64,000 bases of DNA, from contig NC_043005.1 in assembly GCF_006345805.1 (NCBI RefSeq), forward strand, positions 79,050,001 through 79,114,000, given 5' to 3'. The position numbers and the translations under genes are program-made. This document shows positions 54,371 through 64,000 of this stretch, piece by piece (within the stretch, counting starts at the first letter, position 1; the number at the start of each line of letters is the position of its first letter). The DNA is from Octopus sinensis. Its lineage: Eukaryota. Under the pieces are notes generated by a model. That model saw only the letters and a program-made list of their open reading frames with translations, was not told the origin of the DNA and did not search any database.

Positions 54371-55271
54371 GACGACTTTCGGGCCAGGGTCCATGGACAA
54401 CTTCCAGAGATCCCTGGCCTGGCAGTGCTACCGAGAAGCGCTACCCGTTCGGGATAAGCTCTACAGACACGGCTCGAGAAACACGGGGCCGACCTGCCCG
54501 AGATGCGGTCAGAGCGACGAAACCGTTCTGCACGCACTCGTTCAGTGTCCAACAATTTCCGACCTGTGGGCTTATGTCGAACAACTGTTGTCACGTGTGG
54601 GACGAGTCGGTTTATCAGCTGAGTCTATCGTCAATATTGTCACGCCTCCTTCCTTCAAACGGGAAGGAAGAGCTATTTTCATCATCCTTGTGGCTATGCG
54701 AAAGAATGTATCTGGTGGACGCGTCTGAAAGGATTGGAGACAAACATTCCTCTCTGGTCAATCTCTCATCACTTCTTCAAGTACCACTTGAAAAGGAAAG
54801 TGAGAGTAGAGAGGCAAGTTTTGTCTAGCGAATGTTTTAAAAAAGATGGGTGAATGTAGCAAGAATGGCACGTATGAATGACGAAGCCACCTTGAGCATA
54901 GTCCTATGAACCCAGAAATCGAAAACAGAGAGTTTTGCAAAAAAAAAAAAAAAGAAATATAAAATGTGACTTCATTGACCGAGGTTACCGTGGTATTTTC
55001 CGTAGGCTTTTCTTTCCACGGTAAACCTCACCTGTCCTCCCCTTTACACTTCATATTGACATTTCTGTGATAACGATCCCTATTGATCAATTTTTTTTTT
55101 CCTCTCCCCCTTTTTTTTTAACCCCCCTTTTTTTGTCCTCTTTCTCTCCTTTTACGATCCTTTTGATCGAAACTCCCCCTTCCTTTTTTTTTTTTTTTAA
55201 ACCTTCAAAAAAAAGCTCTACCTTGTAATTTGTTCTATCTGTGTGCAGCCCGTGTGGCTAATAAAGAAACA

Positions 55272-55273
<2 letters not shown>
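54371..55273 (+). mobile_element. L1/Tx1-like LINE 3' fragment (ORF2 C-terminal zinc-finger region plus 3' UTR), copy 1
   Basis: SLAWQCYREALPVRDKL..TCPRCGQSDETVLHALVQC (CxxC..H...C motif of L1/Tx1 ORF2); T/C-rich 3' UTR; ends AATAAAGAAACATA then (TCTA)n. Confidence 0.88.
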
Positions 55274-55325
<52 letters not shown>

Positions 55326-55351
55326 TAGTCTGTTTGTCTGTCTGTCTATCT

Positions 55352-55598
55352 GCTATCGTAGTCTTTTCCGTAGGTTTTTCTTTCCACGGATAAACCTTAT
55401 CTGTTTCCCCCTTTACACTTTACATCATGACATTTCTGTGATACATGATCCTTATTGACCGTTTTGTTTTTCTTTTTGTACGATTTATTTTGATCGAAAA
55501 CCTACTCCCACCTTTTTTGTTTCTCCCCAAAAAGAAAAGCTCTACTTCGTAATTTTTCCCCTCTGTACTCAGCCCTGTGTGGCTAATAAAGAAACATA
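55352..55598 (+). mobile_element. L1/Tx1-like LINE 3' UTR, copy 2
   Basis: Colinear with 54985-55273; ends AATAAAGAAACATA; flanked by (TATC)n. Confidence 0.88.
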
Positions 55599-55634
55599 TT
55601 TATCTATCTATCTATCTATCTATCTCTCCATCTG

Positions 55635-56200
55635 TGGGAAGGAAGAGCCATTTTCATCGTACTTGTGGGCATGGCGAAAGAATGTGTATGGTGTGTATGT
55701 GTATGGTGGAGGCGTCTGAAAGATCTAGAGACAAACAATTTCCTCTCTGGTCATTCTCTCGATAACTTCTTCAAGTATTACTTGAAGATGAAGTTGAGAG
55801 AAGAGAGGGACGTTTTGTGTAGTGAATGTTTCAAAAAAAGATGAGTGAATATAGCAAAGATGGCACGTGTGAATGACGGAACCACCTTCAGCATAATCCT
55901 ATAAACCGAAAAAAAAAAAGAAAAGAAAGTTTTTGGTTTGTTTGACACTATTGCCTAAGGTTCCCGTGGTCTTTTCCATAGGCTTTTCTTTCCATGGATA
56001 AACCTGATATGTTTTCCCTTTTACATTGACATTTCTGCGATATACGATCCCTATTCATCGACCCCCTCCTTTTTTTTTTTTTCCTTTTGATCGGAATTCG
56101 ACCCACTTTTTTTCTTCTCTGCTTCTTCCCAAAAAGAAAAGCTCTACTTTGTATTTTGTCCCCTCTGTGTTCAGTCCTGTCTGGCCAATAAAGAAACATA
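55635..56200 (+). mobile_element. L1/Tx1-like LINE 3' fragment, copy 3
   Basis: Colinear with 54661-55273 (gggaaggaagagc.attttcatc...); ends AATAAAGAAACATA; flanked by degenerate (TATC)n. Confidence 0.88.
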
Positions 56201-56219
56201 TCTCCCCATTTGTCTGTCC

Positions 56220-56272
<53 letters not shown>

Positions 56273-56344
56273 CTTTCTTTCTTCTTTCATCTATCTATCT
56301 ATCTATCTACCTATCTATCTTCTATCTATCTATCTATCTATCTA

Positions 56345-56440
<96 letters not shown>

Positions 56441-56523
56441 CATCTATCTATGTATTTATATATTTATCTATCAACTAACACATAGACAAACGCACAAACA
56501 CACACATACGCATGCATGCGTAT

Positions 56524-56925
56524 AGGTGCAGGCGTAACTATGTGCTAAGAAGTTTGCTTCACAACCACGTGGTTTCAGGTTCATTCCCACTGCGTGGAAC
56601 CATGAAAAGTGTCTGCTACTATATCCTTGGCTCGTTAAACAGTAGCTGAAAGAAGCCCGCTATATGTATATATATTTGTGTGTATGTGTGTGAGTGCGTT
56701 TGTGTGTGTTTGTGTATATGTGTTTGTTTATATGTTTATTCCCCAGCAGCATTTGACAACAGGTTTTGTTGTATTTACGTTCCCGTAACTATGCGGTTCA
56801 GAAAAAGAAATGACAGAGTAAATACCTGTTTTTACGAAAACTTAACACTGGTTTTTACAAAAAAAAGTACTAAGATGCCCAAGTATGGCCGCAGTTAGAT
56901 GACTGAGACTAGTAAAAGATAAAAG
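56524..56925 (+). mobile_element. SINE family B, degenerate
   Basis: aaccacgtggtttcaggttca.tcccactgcgtgg, ctgaaagaagccc and gactgagactagtaaaaga tail. Confidence 0.8.
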
Positions 56926-57193
56926 ATACATTTATCATTAAGTTGAATGATCACACAATAGTTTAATTTTCTCAAGGAATAGTGTGACATCTTGATGAGT
57001 GGTAATAAGCCTGGAACGCGGTAGTCAGGATCAAGCATTTTCCTGTTGTAGTTATGTTATATATATATTCAAACTTATATTCATACAAAGATATATATTA
57101 TATATTGTATAATACTCTATTGAATTATAACATCTCATATTATTATTACATTAGGCGTAGGAGTGGCTGTGTGGTTAGTAGCTTGCTTACCAA

Positions 57194-59456
57194 GTAGCCT
57201 GCATACTTCCCATAAGTCTTTGTTGTCAGTGTGCGCATGTGTCAGTGTGTTGTGCACTGAGGAAGAGGGCCAGCAGTGTTTAGCCTGCCAAAAGAAGCTG
57301 CTGCTTGATAAGGCGTTTCTCTTGGACCCAGTGAGGGTCGTTGTCTGTGCTTATATATTTTACAAACAGGGAATCCTCACTGGGTTCGGGATGTTTGTCT
57401 GCTTGCGGTTCAGCAACATGGACCATAGTAAATTAATTTTTTTTTCTCATTGTGAGAAGTACATGGTGGGCGTATCCTTTAACCAAAAATTGTTCACTTT
57501 TTAACAGTGTATGTTTTACAACATTTACCATTATTGAAAAATTGTATTTCAAGTGTTCAGATGAAGTGAAATTTTTTTCTCATTGCTAGAAATATAGTTT
57601 GGTGACATTTACTACTACCAAAAGTCGTTCGCTGTTTGTGAATAGTGTGCATTTTACAACTACGTTGGAAAGCTGTATTCAACTGGAGCAGTCCAGGTTC
57701 TAATTGGAGTACCATAAGGGCTTGGAGTACCTGAATGCCCAGAATATTTTTGCTGTGTTTGTTTTTAACTATTGTTTTCTTCTTCTATCGTGACTTTTTA
57801 TTGAACTGTTTGCTTTATTTTTCTTCTTCCTCTTTGCTTTCTTTTGAATTCTCTATCTCCTTTTTTGTGAAATATTGTTCTGGAATTTTTAATATTTTAA
57901 AATTTAAAACAAGGCAAAAAAAATACGGATAAGATTGTAGAGTGGGAGATTGTCCCACCTAAGGAGTGGCTCAGACTCCAAGAAGAGAAGACGGTGGTGT
58001 TGAGAGCGCATTCGAAGGTTCTCGATACCATTGTCGTCTTCTCCAAGGAGATGATTGAGCAGGAGTTGGTAGAACATCTGCCAACCATTAAGTCTATCTC
58101 TAGGGGAGTCAAACATACAACGGTATGTTTGCTGTTTGACACCACAGAGGAGGCTCGCAGTTTTGGGAGCCAGCCCGTTGAGGGTAAAGAACTTTTGTTT
58201 CTTCCCACTTATTGTGGGAAAAATTGACGAGGGCCTGGGTCTGTGGTTTCCCACCAGAAATTGAATCCGGATTGACAGAGGATACTATCCGTCGGGGTCT
58301 GGGTGGCTGCGGAGCCAGGCTCCTCAATGTGAAAATTCTTCCTGCGGCTGATTAGGTCGGGTCAAAAGCTGTTTTGATCCTGTGGACCCAATTAGCGATG
58401 AATATGGTTATGCCAGATGTTATGAAAATAGCTGGGTGCAGGTACCCCGTAATTCTTGAGGGTCGCCTCCCCCCAGGTATCATCGGTGTCTGGAGCCTGG
58501 CCATATAAAGAACTGTCCTCGGGAGCAAGGCGGAGTCCTGGAGCACTCAATTGAAACCTCTGTGAAAGAGGGATCGAAGGCGGCTGAGGAGACGGAGGAC
58601 TCCTCAGAGAAGGGCCGCAAGAGGAAGAAGGTGAGCAACCATGGGTGCTCACCGAAGGATCCTGGGGATGAGGAAGGGAGGTGATTCTACCGGTCACGGA
58701 GGAGACGCACCCTCCCTCAGTTGAGAGGGAAAAAATGAGGAAATGAAGGAGAAACGGGACATTGCCAGCAGCATTGGAGTGTCCCGGTACGTCGTCGGTG
58801 GAGGTTGTGCCACCGGCAGGGGAAGAGACAACGTTGGAGGACCTGTGCTGCCAACAGTAGAATAGACTACCTCGAACCCGGAGGAAGAGGCGGAGAGGTA
58901 GAAGAGGTGGTGGAAGGTCACCATAATGGAGTACCTTTAGCCTTCACACAGGATCCAGAATGGCCTCCGCAGATAGCTGTGGAGGTCATAACGGTGTCTG
59001 TCGGGTTAGGCTGCGAGAACTCAATGAGGAATATCAATTGTGGCCGGGCGTCGCCGTCTCGGATCCCGCCTTGGTGTTAAATGAGGCGTGGGGAAGTGTA
59101 GAGTATACGGGCACAAGGGATGATGAGGAGGAATAATGACATGAGGTTGAAAAGGCTCAGTGTTACAATGTTTAATGTTTCTTGCATGTTACTTTTTTAA
59201 GAGGCTTAATACCCCAATTCTTAAATGGACTACTAGTCCAAAATTTTGTAAAACTGAAGAAGTCATTTACCTCATTTTGTAATTTTCTGTCGAAAAAAGA
59301 AGAGAATAATGTTTTAGAGAAGCAGAAAATCGGCGGGCGTTTTTTGTCTTCTCCCATTAATATCATTCTTATCATCATTCACCTCATCAATGTCTTTGTC
59401 TAGCGCGCAAGCTACTGTGTATGAAGCCTTTATGGCAAAATGTTTGAAAAAAGCAC
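57194..59456 (+). mobile_element. ~2.3 kb ORF1-only non-LTR retroelement inserted in a SINE B head
   Basis: SINE head stops at 57193 and resumes after the insert; CTTGCTTACCAA at 57182-57193, CTTGCTTAC-AA at 59457-59467 and an exact copy at 60562-60573. Confidence 0.75.
57915..59150 (+). pseudogene. gag/ORF1-like pseudogene with degenerate CCHC zinc knuckle
   Basis: Frameshifted translation: VCLLFDTTEEARSF..LFLPTYCGK / LTRAWVCGFPPEI..YPVILEGR / PRYHRCLEPGHIKNCP followed by an acidic low-complexity tail; layout resembles Tx1/L1-type ORF1. Confidence 0.7.
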
Positions 59457-59497
59457 CTTGCTTACAACCACATGGTTCTGGGTTCAGTTCCACTGCG

Positions 59498-59597
59498 NNN
59501 NNNNNNNNNNNNNNNNNNNNNNNNNNNNNNNNNNNNNNNNNNNNNNNNNNNNNNNNNNNNNNNNNNNNNNNNNNNNNNNNNNNNNNNNNNNNNNNNN
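59498..59597. other. Assembly gap (100 N)
   Basis: Run of exactly 100 N. Confidence 1.
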
Positions 59598-60603
59598 GAA
59601 CTGTCCTCGGGAGCAAGGCGGAGGCCTGGAGCACTCAATTGAAACCTCTGTGAAAGAGGGATCGAAGGCGGCTGAGGAGACGGAGGACTCCTCAGAGAAG
59701 TGCCCGCAAGAGGAAGAAGGTGAGCAACCATGGGTGCTCACGAAGGATCCTGGGGGATGAGGAAGGAGGTGATTCTACCGGTCACGGAGGAGACGCACCC
59801 TCCTCAGTTGAGAGGGAAAAAAATGAGGAAATGAAGGAGAAACGGGACATTGCCAGCAGCATTGGAGTGTCCCGGTACGCGTCGGTGGAGGTTGTGCCAC
59901 CGGCAGGGGAGGAAAGAGACAAACGTTGGAGGACCTGTGCTTGCCAACAGTAGAATGACTACCTCGAACCCGGAGGAAGAGGCGGAGAGGTAGGAAGAGA
60001 GAGGTAGAAGAGGTGGTGGAAAGGTCACCATAATGGAGTACCTTTAGCCTTCACACAGGATCCAGAATGCCTCCGCAGATAGTGTGGAGGTCATAACGGT
60101 GTCTGTCGGGTTAGGCTGCGAGAACTCAATGAGGGAATATCATTGTGTGGCGGGCGTCGCCGTCTCGGATCCCGCCTTGGTGTTAAATGAGGCGTGGGGA
60201 AGTGTAGTAGTACGGGCACAAGGGATGATGAGGAGGAATAATGACATGAGGTGAAAAGGCTCAGTGTTACAATGTTTAATGTTCTTGCATGTTACTTTTT
60301 AAGAGGCTTAATACCCCAATTCTTAAATGGACTACTAGTCCAAAATTTTGTAAAACTGAAGAAGTTCCAGACCTCATTTTGTAATTTTCTGTCGAAAAAA
60401 GAAAAGAGAATAATGTTTTAGAGAAGCAGAAAAATCGGCGGGCGGTTTTTTGTCTTCTCCCATTAATATCATTCTATCATCATTCACCTCATCAATGTCT
60501 TTGTCTTAGCGCGCAAGCTACTGGTATGAAGCCTTTATGGCAAAATGTTTGAAAAAAGCACCTTGCTTACCAACCACATGGTTCTGGGTTCAGTTCCACT
60601 GCG
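59598..60603 (+). repeat. Near-identical duplicate of 58510-59497 across the gap
   Basis: Same sequence with mostly 1-bp indels; starts exactly at the gap edge and its partner ends exactly at the other edge. Confidence 0.95.
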
Positions 60604-60713
60604 TGGCAACTTGGGTAAGTGTTTTCTACTATAGCCTCGGGCTGACCAGAACCTTGTGAGTGAATTTGATAGAGGAAACTGAAAGAAGCTCGTCGTATAC
60701 ATACATACACACA

Positions 60714-60756
<43 letters not shown>

Positions 60757-61000
60757 TATATATATGTATATATGTACGTGTGTGTATATGTTTGTGTGTC
60801 TGTGTTTGTCCCCCAATATTACTTGACAACCGATGCTGGTGTGTTTATGTGCCCGTAACTTAGCGGTTCAGTAAAAGACACCTATAGAATAGGTACTAGG
60901 CTTACAAAGAATAAGTACTGGGTCCATTTTTCTCGACTAAAGGTGGTGCTCCAGCATGGCCACAGTCAAATGACTGAAACAAGTAAAAGAGTAAAAGAGG
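60562..61000 (+). mobile_element. Remainder of the SINE B whose head begins at 57154
   Basis: ccacatggttctgggttcagttccactgcgtggca.cttggg through to aaacaagtaaaagagtaaaagag tail. Confidence 0.9.
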
Positions 61001-61009
61001 AATAGCATT

Positions 61010-61225
61010 AGGGCTGCGAACAGCAGAACTGTTTCCACGCCAGGCAAAATGCTTAGTGGCATTTCCTCCGCCCGTACGCTCTGGGTTCAAATTCCGCCGA
61101 GGTCGACTTCGCCTTTCATTCTTCCGGAGTCGATAAATTAAGTACCAGTCAAATATTGGCGTCGATGTGACCGACCATTCCACTTCCCTCATATTCCAGG
61201 CAATGTTCTTATATTATAAATGATT
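61010..61225 (+). mobile_element. SINE family A
   Basis: gttcaaattccgccgaggtcgactt.gcctttcat core. Confidence 0.85.
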
Positions 61226-61380
61226 ATTATTTTCATCATTGTTATTATTAAGAAGCTTGCTTCCAAACCACATGGTTCCGGGTTCAGTCCCACTGCGTGG
61301 CACCTTGAGCACTATAGCTTCGAGCGACCAAGTCGAGTGGATTTGATAGACGAAAACTAAAAGGAGCCTTTCATAACTAT

Positions 61381-61424
<44 letters not shown>

Positions 61425-61744
61425 ACACACATACATATACATACATATATATATATATCCTGGGGATGAGGAAGGGAGGTGATTCACGGAGGAGACGCAC
61501 CCTCCCTCAGTTGAGAGGGAAAAAATGAGGAAATGGAGGAGAAACGGGACATTTGTCGTTTTCTGTGGAAAAAAAGAAGAGAATAAGTGCGTTGTCTATG
61601 TGTCTGTGTTAGGTGTTTTATTTCCTGGTAACTTAACTGTTTGGCAAAAGAGACTGATATATATATATATATATTATATATACTATATATATATATATAT
61701 TATATATATATATATATATTAAAATAAAGTTGGTTTATTCGCCA

Positions 61745-62107
61745 ATTCACAACCGAAGGCAGAAGTATCGATCCCGGTATTCAGCTGCTACTTATTTTAT
61801 TGACTCCGAAAGGATGAAAGGCAAAGTCGACCTCGGCGGAATTTTAACTCAGAATGTAAAGAAGGACGAAATACCTATTTCTTTACTACCCAGAAGGGGC
61901 TAAACACAGAGAGGAAAAACAAGAGCAGACAAACGGATTAAGTCGATTATATCGACCCCAGTGCGTAACTGGTACTTATTTAATCGACGCCGAATGGATG
62001 AAAGGCAAAGTCGACCTCGGCGGAATTTGAACTCAGAACGTAACGGCAGACGAAATACTGCCAAGTATTTTCCCCGGCATGCTAACGATTAACCAGTTTG
62101 CCACCTT
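61745..62107 (-). mobile_element. SINE family A dimer
   Basis: Junction GAAATACCTATTTC at 61868-61881. Confidence 0.88.
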
Positions 62108-63475
62108 AGTGTGCAGATAAATGTTAAAGAATAATAGTTCATGCCAAAATATAATCTAAAAATGTATATTCTCATTAACGTCTCAGATATATCATAATGA
62201 TGCATTTCACGTTTCCAAAATCAAGATCGCTTATAAATATAGATTAAGTTTATTAGATTAACATTATCCGTTTTCTATTGATATCATTCATTCAGATTAT
62301 TGTTACTAAAATGTATTGCTACTTCTTGTTCTATTTTACTCCCTTAATAAATTTTACTTTAATTCCATTGTCAGCATTTTCTGGCAAAAATAATCAACGT
62401 TATAAATTGTCTAATACCATATTCGATATTTTTAACCATGTTTCTTCATAAAAAGAAAAGAAAAGAAAAGAAAAATTATATTCTTTTCACTGTGGAGAAT
62501 AGGCTAAAAACAGCTTTCTAAACATTACAATGTTGTCCACCCAGATTATAACAAATATTAAGATCTGCAAATGACGTATTTTCTTTTTAGCAAACAGAGA
62601 TGTCTTTTGAACCTAAATTAGTTTCATTTGTATTATATTTTGCCATCTCCTATTCTGTTTACATCAAGCTATTATTCTGCTTATTGCTGAGGCAATACTG
62701 TCTGTATATATTTGTATATCACTCCCTGCGTTCTTATGCATTTTCCTTTGTCTCTTAATAAAGAAGTGCATTTTCTTTAAATTGTGGATTGCTTCTTTCA
62801 TTGTATTCGTACAAGCTATTCAAAAGCATTTATTTAGTATCCCGTTGTATGTTTTCGCCGAGCAATTATTATTATCATTATTATTATTATTATTATTATT
62901 TATTATTATTATTATTATTATCGTTATTATTTTATTCATTTATTCATTTTTATTTTATTCTTTGTTTGGCATTCGTTCACTCCTGTCATTTGCCTTCTTG
63001 CATTGTGACCAGTACTTATTTGTCTTTTAGCAAAGGTTCTAATGCGCTGAGAGCTAATACTTGACAAATATACAGCTGAGGATGACATGAGGGCCGAAGG
63101 ATTGGAAATAATTTCTATGATAGCTAAAAGTGTCCTAAAGACGTTGTGTTTTGTTATTCTGTTTATAAGGAGTGATATAACTTAACAAGTGAATACAATT
63201 AGCTATGAGATGGCGCGCGTGTGGCGAACAATAAACGTGACTCAACAAAGTCAAAACAACATAAAATTCGAAGCTAAAATGTTTACGCGAACAATACAAT
63301 TATATAAAATATGTATCATTGTAAATAAATTGATATACTTAGGTGACAAAACGCAAGGTTAAAGAACTTAATGATTCAAACAGACACACAGACACACACA
63401 CGCTTCTTTCTCTCTCTCTCTCTATCTATCTATCTACTATCTATCTATCTATCTATATCGATATATATCTATATA

Positions 63476-63541
<66 letters not shown>

Positions 63542-63613
63542 CGAAGAAGAAGAAGAAAAGAGACAAGATACAAACAAAGCAGACGAATGAGGCAAATTTT
63601 AATGAAACGTTTA

Positions 63614-63795
63614 TATTTCAGGCGCAAAGGCCCATCTTCAGGACAAAAAAAAACCCACCCCGAGAATAAGTCCATTTATACACCATTTATACCCATTCAA
63701 ATTTCCTAGCGTCGAATGGATTAGAGGAATCTGTGTAACTAGACTTTACTCAGACTGTTCTTCTCTTCTGAAGATGGGCCTTTGCGCCTGAAATA
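63614..63795. repeat. Perfect 28-bp inverted repeat with 126-bp spacer
   Basis: tatttcaggcgcaaaggcccatcttcag (63614-63641) versus ctgaagatgggcctttgcgcctgaaata (63768-63795). Confidence 0.92.
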
Positions 63796-64000
63796 GAAAG
63801 GTTTTTGAAACTTACTGCATTGTCAGAAACTTTTTATTGTCTCTCTTTTTACATTCATCGATATTACAATGCTTCAGCGCACTACAATTCGGTCCGTCTC
63901 TCTCTCTCTCTCTCTCGCCCCATATATGTATATATATATATATATATTGCATGCGAGGGGAGATAGAGAGAGAGAGAGAGGGAGAGAGGGAGAGAGAGAG

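Noticed and set aside
63200-63250. Promoter-like motifs (AGATGGCG, TGACTCA)
   Set aside because: Two short motifs with no supporting gene structure in the window.

Overview
AT-rich, repeat-saturated eukaryotic DNA with no host protein-coding exon I can support; it reads as a long intron or gene desert. The dominant tRNA-derived SINE families and very dense (TA)n/(GATA)n/(CA)n microsatellites resemble those of coleoid cephalopods, most likely Octopus (inference from recalled repeat sequence, not from a search). Almost all ORFs in the track are microsatellite or SINE read-throughs. Real coding relics are all mobile-element derived: a near full-length Tc1 transposon, mariner and maT-like fragments, an RTE-clade reverse transcriptase fragment, three 3' ends of an L1/Tx1-like LINE, and a gag-like ORF1. 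The most interesting observations are: (1) three differently 5'-truncated Tx1-like copies all joined to (TATC)n at the same register, suggesting a GATA-microsatellite-targeted retrotransposon; (2) a ~2.3 kb ORF1-only retroelement inserted with a 12-bp target duplication into a SINE tRNA head; (3) SINEs built as one head plus n x 184-bp units joined by a short palindrome; (4) a Penelope-type minimal hammerhead ribozyme relic. Two local duplications (10.9-11.6 kb and either side of the 100-N gap) look like assembly artefacts. No CRISPR, rRNA or functional tRNA gene was found. Coordinates of degenerate repeats are approximate.
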